From Candidatus Levybacteria bacterium RIFCSPHIGHO2_01_FULL_41_15 (GTDB lineage: Bacteria; Patescibacteriota; Microgenomatia; Levybacterales; UBA12049): DNA of 64,000 bases. The translations under genes and the position numbers were made by a program. The DNA is taken from NCBI GenBank assembly GCA_001782165.1, contig MFNV01000002.1, positions 81,002 to 145,001 of the forward strand, given 5' to 3'. The notes under the pieces are model-generated. The model ran no database searches, was not told the DNA's origin, and saw only the letters and a program-made list of their open reading frames with translations. Below are positions 17,973 to 28,125 of this stretch, piece after piece (the first letter of the stretch is position 1; each line of letters begins with the position of its first letter).

Positions 17973-19246
17973 GACTTAACTGTTTTTGAAAAGATCGTTC
18001 TGTGGTATGAAACGGCAAACCTGTGGGCTTCATCCCGAATTCTCATTACTAAATGTAAAGCTTTGGAGTTCTTTGGTAATTTAATTACGGCAAAATCCGA
18101 TGTTACTATTGTTTCTTCTCTTTTTGCAATTCCGATTAGAGGAATATCAAGATTTTTTCTTTTGAATACTTTTTGAGCAGAAGATACCTGTCCTTTCCCT
18201 CCATCTATTATTATCAAATCTGGAAATGGCCATTCCCTATGATTTAGTCTGCGCGATACAACTTCTGAAATCATCGCAAAGTCATTTGGTTTTCCTTTTG
18301 TAAATCTTATCTTAAATCTTCTATAAAGTGATGTTTCTTTTTCTCCGTTTATAAAAACAACCATGGAGCCTGTGGAAAACTTTCCTGAGATATTTGATAT
18401 GTCGAAAGATTCGATTCTTTTAAGTGAGGAGACTTGCGACTCTGTGTTTTTAAGTTCTTTTTTTAAGACCAACAGCTCTTCATTTTTTATATCTTCTTTT
18501 AGATTGGGATTAACTTGAGAGTCAAAAGAGGGATAAGAAGGACTTGTAGCAATTAGAATCGAGTTTATTTTTTCCTGAAGATTATTTGCTTTTTCATATT
18601 CTTCCTTTTTGCTTTCCGTATCTCTTTCTTTTTCTAAATCTCTTAGTACTTTTTTTGTTCCCCCCGATAGAAAGTTAATTATATGATTTATGTTTTTTCT
18701 ATATTTCTTTTTAAGATTTTCACTGTCAAAAACAGGCGGGCATGGACATAACCTCAGATGGTTATAAAGACAGATTCTTTTCGGGTGGCTTAGAGCAGAT
18801 TGAAAGGGAAATATTTTCCTGATTGTTTTTAAAACAAGCCTCATAGCCCCTGTATTAGGATAAGGACCAAAATAAATTGAGTTTTTGTCGTCTTGTCTTC
18901 TTGCTATAAGGACCTTAGGATACTTATCTTTTTTGGTAATTCTGATAAGGGGATATACTTTTCCGTCTGTAAGTCGTAAATTGTAGAAAGGTAAATATTT
19001 TTTTATGTAATTTGCTTCAAGAAGGAGAGCTTCTATTTCGGAGTGAGCTTTTACTGCTTTTACTTTATGTGTTTTTTTTATGAGGATTCGGGTTTTTTCT
19101 CCTAAGCTTTTACGGTTGGCAAAATAACTTGTGACCCTTTTTTTTAGGTTATTTGCTTTTCCGACATAAAGGACACTACCCTTTTTGTCCAAAAAAAGGT
19201 ATATTCCAGGATTTGAAGGCAAGTGCTGATATAAAAATTGCGACAA
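17969..19246 (-). CDS. uvrC: excinuclease ABC subunit C, short form lacking C-terminal (HhH)2 domain
   Basis: N-terminal GIY-YIG (PGIYLFLDKKGSVLYVGKANNLKKRVTSYF), C-terminal RNase-H-like endonuclease (LIIIDGGKGQVSSAQ...RDEAHRFA). 425 aa. 5' end overlaps the upstream ORF by about 70 nt. Confidence 0.75.
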   Translation of the reverse strand: MSQFLYQHLPSNPGIYLFLDKKGSVLYVGKANNLKKRVTSYFANRKSLGEKTRILIKKTHKVKAVKAHSEIEALLLEANYIKKYLPFYNLRLTDGKVYPLIRITKKDKYPKVLIARRQDDKNSIYFGPYPNTGAMRLVLKTIRKIFPFQSALSHPKRICLYNHLRLCPCPPVFDSENLKKKYRKNINHIINFLSGGTKKVLRDLEKERDTESKKEEYEKANNLQEKINSILIATSPSYPSFDSQVNPNLKEDIKNEELLVLKKELKNTESQVSSLKRIESFDISNISGKFSTGSMVVFINGEKETSLYRRFKIRFTKGKPNDFAMISEVVSRRLNHREWPFPDLIIIDGGKGQVSSAQKVFKRKNLDIPLIGIAKREETIVTSDFAVIKLPKNSKALHLVMRIRDEAHRFAVSYHRTIFSKTVKS

Positions 19247-21011
19247 TTAATATTCCTCCTCCTACAACCAACCCCCATTTACTAAAGAGAATCGGGTAAA
19301 TTCTTACTCTGCGTTCAAACAAATTTGATCCAAGGCCAATTCTAATAAGATCTGTTCTATTTGTCAAAGGATTTGCCGCCTCAAACGATAAAGGCAAGAC
19401 TAAATTTCCGTATGGAGGTATAGGTTTTAAGTAAATATTTTGTAAATTGGGCTTGAGATAATAAGATCTGACTGTAATTTTTTGGGGAAAAGAGAGCAGT
19501 GTTCCCGTATTTTCCAGCGTAATATTTCCCATAAGGGGAAGTCCTGCTGTCAGATTTTTGGGGATGTTGTCTGAAATTTCAAGGGTCGGGCTGGTGTGTG
19601 CAAATTCATTAGCAAAACTGACTCTTACATCTTTAACTTTTTCATTCCCCGGCAGTTTATACCCGCCTGCAGGAACCGGATAGGTACTGTCGTGCCCTTT
19701 TATTACAAACGCAATGTGGTCAAAATCAAGAGTCTCAAAATAATCTATTCCGCCGGTTGTATTCCCCCAAGTAGGATCAACCATAATCCACGCGGCTTTT
19801 TCTCTATCATAGTATTCAGGCCAGGCATGCAAAACATCCTTTACCAAAGACAAAGGCCTTTCTCTGGTATTTTGAGTATAGGCGTATCCGTCCACCTCTC
19901 TTGCCGGAATTCCTGAAGCTCTTGCCAATGCAATAAAAAGATCTGTAAATTCAAGACACACTGCGGATTCAGGTTTTTGAAGCACTCCGGCGGCGCCTAT
20001 TCTGGGTTTTTCAGTCTCAACTCTTGAATAATCGTATTTTAATTTTTTAACAACGTACTCATATATAGATTTCGGGTTTTTAAGGTTTCTTGACAGCTGT
20101 TTGATTTCGTTATTTGATATCTGCCAATACTTGTCTTCCTTTAGGTAGCTTTGCAGTTGTTCTTCGGTGTAGTTTTGCTTTTCAGGAAAAAGAGAGATTT
20201 TGACTTTTGCCTTCAAGGATACATCAAGCCTTTGAGAGGAGGAAAGAGTATATTGTGCAAGCCAATTTCCATCCTCATCTATCGTTACGTTTGAAGGCTT
20301 AGGGTTAATGCTGTCTATCTCAACTTCCTGATACCCTGTATTAGGAGGAAGAGCTATTTCTGTTTTAATAGGAAAAAGGTTTTTATTATAGAGGTGATAG
20401 GTCAAATCTAATTTATAAATCTGCTCATTTCCAAACGTAATTGAAATACCCGAATTCCCAAGCTGGTCTTTTGAAAAGGTGTAAATGTTTTCATTTTTCT
20501 TAAGTCCATCTGAAAGGCTGGGTTTGACAAAACTTGGAGAGCCAAAAGAGGAAGGGACGGAAACATAAACACTAAAGTCTGATAAATCAGATTGGCTTAA
20601 AAAACCTGGTATATTTACTTCCCATATTTTGCCTACTTTTCTGGCAACTTCATTAGTATCAAAAGCAATTGTAAAATTTAGCTTGTTTCCAAGACCCGTT
20701 ATCCTGTCATTGAAAATAACATTTATTTCCTGTCCTTCGGAGGTTTTAGAAACACTCTTAAGAATATTGCCTCCTAAGTCAGATGCTCTCGGATTTTTAG
20801 GATCATCAAAACCCACGTTTATTTTGTAAGAAGATGCATAATATGATGAAGTTTTATTCGTAAGGGCAACTTTTATCTCAACACGGGTATTTCCGTTTTC
20901 TGAAACCGCATATGATATGTCATAATCCGCATCAAAATTTGAAGATGCCGATGTTTTCCCAGGCAGAAAAAGGAGGAATAGAAGCAAGAATACCAATAAT
21001 ATTTTTTTCAC
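19176..21011 (-). CDS. secreted, C-terminally membrane-anchored transglutaminase-like (Cys-His-Asp) domain protein
   Basis: Signal peptide MKKILLVFLLLFLLFLPGKTSA. Core CLEFTDLFIALARASGIPAREVDGYAY...LHAWPEYYD...WIMVDPTW (C/H/D triad). C-terminal TM WGLVVGGGILIVAIFISALAF. Confidence 0.7.
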   Translation of the reverse strand: MKKILLVFLLLFLLFLPGKTSASSNFDADYDISYAVSENGNTRVEIKVALTNKTSSYYASSYKINVGFDDPKNPRASDLGGNILKSVSKTSEGQEINVIFNDRITGLGNKLNFTIAFDTNEVARKVGKIWEVNIPGFLSQSDLSDFSVYVSVPSSFGSPSFVKPSLSDGLKKNENIYTFSKDQLGNSGISITFGNEQIYKLDLTYHLYNKNLFPIKTEIALPPNTGYQEVEIDSINPKPSNVTIDEDGNWLAQYTLSSSQRLDVSLKAKVKISLFPEKQNYTEEQLQSYLKEDKYWQISNNEIKQLSRNLKNPKSIYEYVVKKLKYDYSRVETEKPRIGAAGVLQKPESAVCLEFTDLFIALARASGIPAREVDGYAYTQNTRERPLSLVKDVLHAWPEYYDREKAAWIMVDPTWGNTTGGIDYFETLDFDHIAFVIKGHDSTYPVPAGGYKLPGNEKVKDVRVSFANEFAHTSPTLEISDNIPKNLTAGLPLMGNITLENTGTLLSFPQKITVRSYYLKPNLQNIYLKPIPPYGNLVLPLSFEAANPLTNRTDLIRIGLGSNLFERRVRIYPILFSKWGLVVGGGILIVAIFISALAFKSWNIPFFGQKG

Positions 21012-21112
21012 TTAGAATAAGTATATAATTAAAAGCTTAAAACTGAAAGCTGAAAGCTAAAAGCTTAAAACTTTTTAAATTAAATAAGTAGCCAGGATAT
21101 AAAAAAACGAAA

Positions 21113-23998
21113 CTACAGAATTCTTTTTAAGAATTGTCCAGTATATGAATCAGGAACGTTAATAATGTCTTTTGGGGTTCCTTTTGCAATTACCTTTCCT
21201 CCTTTTTCGCCTCCTTCGGGGCCTAAATCAATTACAAAGTCAGCATTTTTGATAATATCCATGTTGTGTTCAATGACTATAACAGTATTGCCTTGATCAA
21301 CAAGCTTTCTTAATACATTTAGAAGCTTTTGAAGATCGGCAAAATGAAGACCCGTTGTAGGTTCATCAAGAAGATACAGGCTGTCTTTCCCTTTTTTTGA
21401 AAGTTCTGTTGCAAGCTTTACTCTTTGAGCTTCTCCTCCTGAGAGCGTTGGAGCAGGTTGCCCAAGCTTTATATAGGAAAGTCCTACATCATTTAATGTT
21501 AAGAGCTTATGAAAAAGTCCGGGGACAAAAGAAAAAAACTCGAAAGCTTCTGAGACACTCATCGAAAGAACCTCAGCAATATTCTTCCCGCTAAATTGTA
21601 CTTCTAAGGTTTCAAAGTTGTATTGTTTTCCTTCACAAAGTTCGCATTTTATATAAACATCAGGCAGAAATTGCATTCCTATTTTTATCTGTCCTTCTCC
21701 CTGACAAGTTTCGCATCTTCCTCCTTTTACATTAAAAGAAAATCTGCCTTGTTTATAGCCTCTTATCTTTGCTTCTTTGGTTTTGGAGAATAAGTCTCTT
21801 ATATAAGTAAAGCATCCGGTATATGTTGCGGGGTTGCTTCTTGGTGTCCTTCCTATTGGTGATTGATCAATAAGAAAAACATGTTTTATATTCTCATACC
21901 CCTCAAGTCCTTGGAAATCTCCGGGCTTTTCTCTGTGGAACGGATTTTTTATCTGCATTAAGCCATGATAGAGAATGTCATTGACGAGAGTTGACTTACC
22001 GCTTCCCGACACCCCCGTTATTACGATAAATTTTTTAAGCGGAAATTCTACATTTATGTTTTTAAGATTATGCTCTTTTGCCTTCAAGATTCTTAAGACC
22101 CTGTTTGACGAAATTCCGTTTGTTGTTTTTATATCGATTTTTTTTCTTCCCGAAAGATAAGCGCCGGTTAATGAATTCGGGTCGTTTTTAATTTGTTCAA
22201 CTGGTCCTTTTGATACAATTTCTCCACCTTTTTCTCCTGCTCCCGGACCAAAGTCCAAGATAAAATCCGATTTCTCCATAGTTTCCTTATCATGCTCAAC
22301 TACGATTACTGTATTCCCAAGATCTCTAAGTTTTTTAAGCGTCATAATCAGTTTATTATTGTCCCGAGGATGAAGGCCGATTGACGGTTCGTCCAAAACA
22401 TATAAGACTCCGGTCAGTCCTGATCCTATCTGTGACGCAAGTCTTATTCTCTGAGCTTCTCCTCCAGCTAAGGTTTGTGCACCCCGTGATAATGTGAGGT
22501 AATCAAGTCCGACATCCATTAAGAAGGTAAGTCTGTCTTTAATCTCTTTTATTATTAATTTTCCTATTTCTTCTTCTCTTTTTGAAATTTTGCCAACTAA
22601 GGTTTTCATGAAGTTTAGGGAATCAGAAATTGCCATGTCTGACACTTCCACTATAGATTTCCCATCAATTGTAACTGATAGTGCCTGCCTTTTAAGTCTG
22701 CCCCCGTGGCACAAAGAGCAAATCTCGTATCTCATAAATCTCTCAATCTGCGATTTCATAAATGGAGATTCTGTTGCTGTGTATTTTTGTTTTATTTCAT
22801 GAAGAACCCCCGAAAAAGGCTCATATATCACAGTTGATCTTCCCCAACGGTTCTTTCCTTTTACTTCGTATTCTTTATCTCCGGTCCCGTCTATAAGAAG
22901 TTTCTTTTTATCCTCCGGAATTTCTGAGAATCTTTTGGTAAGAGGTATACCGTTTTTCTCGCAGAAGGTTATAAAAGTTCTTGAAAACCAAGTATCCTGA
23001 TAGTAAATATTTGGGAATGGGAGAATCCCCCCTTCTGATATCGAAAGATTATTATTAAAAACAAGATCTTTATCAACAGAAAGAACAGTTCCTAAGCCAT
23101 TGCAGGTAGGACATGCACCATGAGGAGTATTAAATGAAAAAATTCTAGGTTCTATCTCAGGAAGCGATATTCCGCACGTTGGACAGGCAAATTTTTCCGA
23201 GAAAAGTTCGTCTTCCATTTTCTTTGGTTTGTCAGGAAGACTGAACCCGGGATCTTTTATTATGGAAGCTATGAGCTCGCCGTTTCCAAATTTTAGTGCT
23301 TTTTCAGCATCGTCTGAAATCCTAAGTCTGTCTGTGTCTTTTGTAAGAACAAGTTCATCTATAACAATTTCAATCGTATGCTTGTTTGTTTTAATGAGAA
23401 CAAAATTATCATCAAGGGAGAAAATCTCCCCGTCTATTCGTACTTTTTTGTATCCTCTTTTTTTAATATCCTGGAAAAGCTGCGAGTATTCTCCCTTTCT
23501 GTCTTTTACAATCGGGGAAAGGATCAAAAGTTTTATCCTGGCAAGCTTTATATTTAAATTTTGTTTTTTGAGAAGCTCAAAAATAGAATCAACTATCTGG
23601 TCTTTGGACAAATGTGCTATTTCTCTTGCGCAATTTGGGCAATGTGGATGGCCTACTCGCGCAAAAAGAAGCCTTAGGTAATCATAAATTTCAGTGACTG
23701 TTCCAACAGTTGATCTTGGGTTATGAGAGGTAGATTTTTGATCTATGGATATCGCAGGAGAGAGACCCTCGATTAAATCTACATCGGGTTTTTTCATAAT
23801 TCCCAAGAATTGCCGGGCATATGATGATAAGCTTTCTACATATCTTCTCTGCCCTTCCGCATAAATAGTGTCAAAAGCCAAAGAAGATTTCCCGCTTCCG
23901 GAAAGACCTGTAAAAACAACAAGCTTGTTTTTGGGAATCTCTACATTTATAGACTTTAAATTATGCTCTCTCGCACCTTTTATAATTATCTTATCCAT
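21113..23998 (-). CDS. uvrA: excinuclease ABC subunit A
   Basis: Two ABC ATPase modules ([10 protein letters not shown] / [10 protein letters not shown]; LSGGEAQR x2), zinc-finger CxxC pairs. Start moved to ATG giving [15 protein letters not shown] (canonical UvrA N-terminus). Confidence 0.97.
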   Translation of the reverse strand: MDKIIIKGAREHNLKSINVEIPKNKLVVFTGLSGSGKSSLAFDTIYAEGQRRYVESLSSYARQFLGIMKKPDVDLIEGLSPAISIDQKSTSHNPRSTVGTVTEIYDYLRLLFARVGHPHCPNCAREIAHLSKDQIVDSIFELLKKQNLNIKLARIKLLILSPIVKDRKGEYSQLFQDIKKRGYKKVRIDGEIFSLDDNFVLIKTNKHTIEIVIDELVLTKDTDRLRISDDAEKALKFGNGELIASIIKDPGFSLPDKPKKMEDELFSEKFACPTCGISLPEIEPRIFSFNTPHGACPTCNGLGTVLSVDKDLVFNNNLSISEGGILPFPNIYYQDTWFSRTFITFCEKNGIPLTKRFSEIPEDKKKLLIDGTGDKEYEVKGKNRWGRSTVIYEPFSGVLHEIKQKYTATESPFMKSQIERFMRYEICSLCHGGRLKRQALSVTIDGKSIVEVSDMAISDSLNFMKTLVGKISKREEEIGKLIIKEIKDRLTFLMDVGLDYLTLSRGAQTLAGGEAQRIRLASQIGSGLTGVLYVLDEPSIGLHPRDNNKLIMTLKKLRDLGNTVIVVEHDKETMEKSDFILDFGPGAGEKGGEIVSKGPVEQIKNDPNSLTGAYLSGRKKIDIKTTNGISSNRVLRILKAKEHNLKNINVEFPLKKFIVITGVSGSGKSTLVNDILYHGLMQIKNPFHREKPGDFQGLEGYENIKHVFLIDQSPIGRTPRSNPATYTGCFTYIRDLFSKTKEAKIRGYKQGRFSFNVKGGRCETCQGEGQIKIGMQFLPDVYIKCELCEGKQYNFETLEVQFSGKNIAEVLSMSVSEAFEFFSFVPGLFHKLLTLNDVGLSYIKLGQPAPTLSGGEAQRVKLATELSKKGKDSLYLLDEPTTGLHFADLQKLLNVLRKLVDQGNTVIVIEHNMDIIKNADFVIDLGPEGGEKGGKVIAKGTPKDIINVPDSYTGQFLKRIL

Positions 23999-24120
23999 AT
24001 AAATCAATCTTTTATTATAGAGGAAAAAAAGAAGCGAGACAATCGTTTATCTAGAAATCAATCCGGGGTCTATGTTTGGCTCAACCGGAATTTTTATTTC
24101 AATCTCCAAAAATTTGATAT

Positions 24121-24195
24121 TGGTGAGCCGTACAGGATTCGAACCTGTGACCAATTGCTTAAAAGGCAACTGCTCTACCGCTGAGCTAACGGCCC
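24121..24195 (-). tRNA. tRNA-Lys(TTT), CCA encoded
   Basis: rc: GGGCCGT/TA/GCTC-AGCGGT-AGAGC/A/GTTGC-CTTTTAA-GCAAT/TGGTC/ACAGG-TTCGAAT-CCTGT/ACGGCTC/A-CCA. Anticodon UUU. Confidence 0.85.
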
Positions 24196-24360
24196 TACTA
24201 GCCACCGCTACGTTCAGGCGTTAGCGGGGTGGGTCCGTTAACACCTGAAGCAAAATGGCTATGATATTATAACCCAGTTTTTAAAAATCGTCTACCCTTT
24301 ACAACAAATAGGCGCAAAAGGACTTACCCACTTGTAAAACTATATCAGCGTGTGTACAAC

Positions 24361-24387
24361 TTGACAAGATTATCTAAATTCTATAAT
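24361..24387 (+). promoter_or_regulatory. sigma70-like promoter (TTGACA ... TATAAT) plus strong RBS AAGGAGGTGA for the downstream membrane-protein gene
   Basis: TTGACAagattatctaaattcTATAATc followed by gaaAGGAGGTGAtaaaATG at 24423. Confidence 0.5.
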
Positions 24388-24422
24388 CTTTTCTTAGACA
24401 CTGTCCGAAAGGAGGTGATAAA

Positions 24423-25082
24423 ATGCCAAACATTGGCGAAACATTAGTAACCTCTATTAACATAGGTCTTTCAGCTCTTGTTGCCTTTGTCCCTAAGTTT
24501 GTTCTGGGATTAATAATTCTTCTCATCGGTATTATCGTAGCTTCAATTCTCAAACAAGTCGTTCTTGAATTATTCAAGGCTCTTAGAATTGAATCATTTC
24601 TTAAGAAATACGGGGTGCCAGAGGCAAAAGATGAGTTTGCATGGTCAAGTATTCTGGCAGAAATCGTTCGCTGGTTTGTGATAATTATATTTTTACTGCC
24701 GACAGCAGACGTGTGGGGGCTTCCAAGAGTCGATGTTGTACTAAATCAGGTAATTCTCTACCTACCGAACGTGTTTGTAGCGGTAATTATTATATTGGTA
24801 GGATTTGTAGTGGCAAGACTTGCGCATGACGTGATCCTCGCTTCAACAAAAGGAATATCAGCAGAAACATCAAGAACGGTTGCCTCAATTACGAGATGGG
24901 CAATCAGTATTTTTGTAATTTTGGCTGCGCTAAATCAGCTTGGTGTTGCGTCGGATCTTATAAAAATACTCTTCACGGGATTTGTTGCGATGCTTGCGAT
25001 TGCAGGAGGAATAGCATTTGGGCTGGGCGGCCAGAGCAGCGCAAGGGATATAGTCGAAGATATAAGAGGAAAGCTTAAATAG
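24423..25082 (+). CDS. membrane protein with conserved-TM-helix repeats (MscS-associated TM_helix family-like)
   Basis: 219 aa, repeated about 50-aa modules each with a long hydrophobic helix (e.g. LGLIILLIGIIVASIL / VAVIIILVGFVVARLA / IFVILAALNQLGVASD). Confidence 0.4.
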   Translation: MPNIGETLVTSINIGLSALVAFVPKFVLGLIILLIGIIVASILKQVVLELFKALRIESFLKKYGVPEAKDEFAWSSILAEIVRWFVIIIFLLPTADVWGLPRVDVVLNQVILYLPNVFVAVIIILVGFVVARLAHDVILASTKGISAETSRTVASITRWAISIFVILAALNQLGVASDLIKILFTGFVAMLAIAGGIAFGLGGQSSARDIVEDIRGKLK

Positions 25083-25131
25083 ACGGTAATTGTTGGCCTT
25101 TATATTAAATGATATAATTGGTGGTGAAAAC

Positions 25132-25205
25132 GCCGCCATCGTCTAGTGGCCCAGGACATCTGGTTTTCAGCCAGAGAATCAGGGGTTCGAATCCCCTTGG
25201 CGGTA
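25132..25205 (+). tRNA. tRNA-Glu(TTC)
   Basis: GCCGCCA/TC/GTCT-AGTGGCCCA-GGAC/A/TCTGG-TTTTCAG-CCAGA/GAATC/AGGGG-TTCGAAT-CCCCT/TGGCGGT/A. Anticodon UUC. Glu-type D-arm. Confidence 0.85.
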
Positions 25206-25272
25206 CTAAATTCCCCCCGATAGCAATTTTGAGACGCTTTATTTTATTTAGTTTGTAGTATGATGATTTTTT

Positions 25273-26457
25273 ATGCTTCGGATTTTTAACTCGCAAAGTC
25301 GTAAAAAAGAAAAATTTAAACCCATTAAAGACAAAGAAGTTTCCATATACGTCTGCGGTATGACTCCATACGATATCGCCCATCTAGGCCATGCTTTTAC
25401 CTATGTATTCTTTGACGTATTAGTCCGGTATCTCGCATTTAGTGGATACAAAGTTAACTACACGCAAAATGTAACCGACGTAGATGATGATATTCTGAGG
25501 ACTGCCAAGATAGAAAATAAAAACTGGAAGAAACTTGGGGATTTTTGGACAAAAAAATTTACGCAAGACATGGAGTACTTAAACGTTCTTCCTCCCACTC
25601 ACTTTGTAAAAGCGACCGGTTCAATGAAACGCATTAAAAAAATAATTCAAAAACTCCTTGATAAAAATTACGCATACTCAAGTGGTGGAAATATTTATTT
25701 TGATATCGCTGCATTTAAAAATTACGGGAAACTTTCGAGATACAGCAGGCATCAAATGATAGCCCTTTCAAGGGAAAGAGGAGGAGATCCGTCGGATCCA
25801 AACAAAAAAAATCCCCTTGACTTTGTCCTCTGGCAGAAGTCAAAAAAAAATGAACCGGCATGGATTGCTCCTTTTGGGACAGGCAGGCCGGGCTGGCACA
25901 TTGAATGCTCGGCAATGGTTAATCAGTTCTTAGGCGACAGGGTTGACATACACGGAGGTGGAAAGGATCTTATTTTTCCCCACCATGAGAGTGAGATAGC
26001 CCAGTCAGAAAGCTACACAGACAAAACCCCCTTTGTAAAGTACTGGATGCATACAGCAATGATATTGTGTAACGGGGAAAAGATGTCTAAATCACTCGGA
26101 AACCTCATCATGATAAATGAGCTTCGCAAGTATTACTCAGGAGATGATATAAGATGGTATCTCTTGAGCAATTACTACAGAAAGCCGTTTGAGTATGACG
26201 AATATGATCTTAAGGAGAGCAAAAAAAAACTGCTATTGGTAAAAGAGGCGCTTGAAGACAAAAAAGGCACCATTGGAAACTTTAAATCTGATATGAAAAC
26301 ATTTGAAGCACTTATGGACGATGACTTAAGTACTCCAGAAACCCTAAAATTTGTCTTGGAACTTGCAAAGAAGGTAAAGAAAACGGCAGGTAAAAATAAA
26401 ATTGCTTTTCAAGAAACTTTAGGAAGCGTAACAAGCACCCTCGGTTTCCGGTTTTAG
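25273..26457 (+). CDS. cysS: cysteine--tRNA ligase
   Basis: N-terminus MLRIFNSQSRKKEKFKPIKDKEVSIYVCGMTPYDIAHLGHAFTYVFFD parallels E. coli CysS. WHIECSAM, DIHGGGKDLIFPHHESE and KMSKSLGN motifs present. 394 aa. Confidence 0.85.
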   Translation: MLRIFNSQSRKKEKFKPIKDKEVSIYVCGMTPYDIAHLGHAFTYVFFDVLVRYLAFSGYKVNYTQNVTDVDDDILRTAKIENKNWKKLGDFWTKKFTQDMEYLNVLPPTHFVKATGSMKRIKKIIQKLLDKNYAYSSGGNIYFDIAAFKNYGKLSRYSRHQMIALSRERGGDPSDPNKKNPLDFVLWQKSKKNEPAWIAPFGTGRPGWHIECSAMVNQFLGDRVDIHGGGKDLIFPHHESEIAQSESYTDKTPFVKYWMHTAMILCNGEKMSKSLGNLIMINELRKYYSGDDIRWYLLSNYYRKPFEYDEYDLKESKKKLLLVKEALEDKKGTIGNFKSDMKTFEALMDDDLSTPETLKFVLELAKKVKKTAGKNKIAFQETLGSVTSTLGFRF

Positions 26458-26498
26458 CCTCTTTTTTTGAAGCTAAAATATGATATAATCTATAGAAT

Positions 26499-27020
26499 AT
26501 GGAGGTAAATCAACTCAAAAACGGTCTTTATCAAAGCGTGACTCACGGTCAGCTTGAGATAAATGAGGTTATCGATAATATTAGGTTGTTTCTTGAAAAT
26601 GAGCCGGAGGCCGCTTATAGCTTGGTTATAGGTACAGATTCTCATGAAAAACCTGGAAAAATTAACGGTACCAAAACCATAAGCTTGGTAACTGCTATCC
26701 TGGTGCACAGGAAAGGATTTGGGGGGAAATATTTCTGGAAAAGAACAACAGCTTTTAACATCCACAATCTTAGGGAGAAAATATATGCAGAAACTATGAG
26801 TTCTTTAAACTTTGCATCAGGATTTGTCCCTCTTCTTAAGAAAAAACTGAATGGAAACGTACCTTCTTACAACCTTGAGATTCACATTGATGTAGGAGAG
26901 CACGGAGATACCAGGGACATGATAAAAGAAGTCGTTGGTATGGTAACAGGCAATGGATTTGTAGCAAAAACAAAACCAGACGCTTATGGCGCGTCGTATG
27001 TTGCGGATAAGCACACCTAA
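26499..27020 (+). CDS. DUF458/YkuK-like RNase-H-fold protein
   Basis: 173 aa. SLVIGTDSHEK...TISLVTAILVHRKGFGG pattern resembles the YkuK family. Confidence 0.4.
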   Translation: MEVNQLKNGLYQSVTHGQLEINEVIDNIRLFLENEPEAAYSLVIGTDSHEKPGKINGTKTISLVTAILVHRKGFGGKYFWKRTTAFNIHNLREKIYAETMSSLNFASGFVPLLKKKLNGNVPSYNLEIHIDVGEHGDTRDMIKEVVGMVTGNGFVAKTKPDAYGASYVADKHT

Positions 27021-27061
27021 CCTAATTTGAAATTTCAAATTTAAAATTTTAAATTGACATT

Positions 27062-27436
27062 ATGGAGTGGGAAGAAGCAAAGGATGTTGAGAAAGATATA
27101 GAGCAATTACTTAAATCTATTTCGCTTCCCCACTTAAAGGCCTCCCGTATTTTTTGTTTCCGAACCCATGGGTCAAAATCCAGGTCCTATGCGCGAATAT
27201 GGTCAATGCCGAAGATTTTTCAAAAAGCTTTGTCAATTGAGCCTGCTTATGTAATTGAAGTTTTGGGAAAATACTATGACCGGCTGCCCGATGATAACAA
27301 AAAGAAAATTCTTATTCACGAACTCCTTCATATACCAAAGAATTTTTCAGGGTCACTCCTTCCCCACCGGTCAAGGGGAAGACACCTTGGTTCGATCGTA
27401 AATAAACTTTTTAAAGAATATAAAAATTCTATATGA
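27062..27436 (+). CDS. small putative zinc metallopeptidase (HExxH; SprT/DUF45-like)
   Basis: 124 aa with HELLHIPKNFSGSLLPHR (HExxH plus downstream His). Confidence 0.4.
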   Translation: MEWEEAKDVEKDIEQLLKSISLPHLKASRIFCFRTHGSKSRSYARIWSMPKIFQKALSIEPAYVIEVLGKYYDRLPDDNKKKILIHELLHIPKNFSGSLLPHRSRGRHLGSIVNKLFKEYKNSI

Positions 27437-28116
27437 TATTTGTAATTCATGGAGACAATCTTGAGGAATCAAGATACTATTATCAGGACATCAAAAAAAA
27501 TCTGAAAGAGCCGGTTTTTTTTGAAGGAGAAAGCTTAAGCTCGGTTAATCTTATTGAATTTTTCAACAGCAAAAATTTATTTCATGACTCCAGGGATTTA
27601 ATAATAGAAAATCTTCTTTCAAAAAAGAAATTTTCGAAAGAACTTGAGGAAATTGTTTCCATAATGAATAAAAATGAAAATTCTTCAGATATTGTTTTAT
27701 GGGAAGAAAAAGAGGTAGGTAAAAAAATGCTTGGACTTTTTTCAAAGGCAAAAGTATCTCTTTTTAAGTACCCTCAAATTATTTTTAATTTTCTCGATTC
27801 AATAAAGCCTGGAAACGGAAAAAATCTTATTTTTCTGTTTCATAAACTTATTGAGCAAACTCCAATTGAGCTGATTATTTATATGTTTGTCCGCCAAATA
27901 AGAATTCTAATAGCTATATCGGATAGATCGGATATTGATGAAGTAAAAACAATGGCACCTTGGATTAAAAGTAAATACCAGAAACAAGCGTTTTTATTTA
28001 CAAGAGAGTATCTTACTAAATTATATAGAGAAATATTTATGGTTGATCTTTCTATTAAAACCGGGAAGGTAAATTCCGCAACGGCAGCCATTGACTTTCT
28101 CCTTCTTGATATTTAA
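27433..28116 (+). CDS. holA: DNA polymerase III delta subunit-like (short)
   Basis: N-terminus MIFVIHGDNLEE... and the PIELIIYMFVRQIRILIAI helix resemble HolA. Only 227 aa, so assignment is tentative. Confidence 0.45.
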   Translation: MIFVIHGDNLEESRYYYQDIKKNLKEPVFFEGESLSSVNLIEFFNSKNLFHDSRDLIIENLLSKKKFSKELEEIVSIMNKNENSSDIVLWEEKEVGKKMLGLFSKAKVSLFKYPQIIFNFLDSIKPGNGKNLIFLFHKLIEQTPIELIIYMFVRQIRILIAISDRSDIDEVKTMAPWIKSKYQKQAFLFTREYLTKLYREIFMVDLSIKTGKVNSATAAIDFLLLDI

Positions 28117-28125
28117 TATTTTAGT

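Noticed and set aside
21030-21095. AAAAGCTTAAAACT / GAAAGCT short repeats between uvrA stop and the transglutaminase gene start
   Set aside because: Low-complexity AT-rich promoter or terminator region built from AGCT/AAGCTT mini-palindromes. No extended structure or coding potential.
24196-24260. Imperfect hairpin CCACCCCGCTA...TAGCGGTGG in the tRNA-Lys(TTT) leader, considered as a T-box/riboswitch-like element
   Set aside because: Too short and lacking any conserved riboswitch motif. Most simply a leader stem between the TATAAT-like promoter and the tRNA.
24374-24577. 67-aa minus-strand ORF
   Set aside because: Overlaps the promoter/RBS and 5' end of the well-supported plus-strand membrane-protein gene. 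Low-complexity translation.
25105-25383. 92-aa minus-strand ORF
   Set aside because: Overlaps tRNA-Glu and the cysS start. Antisense artefact.
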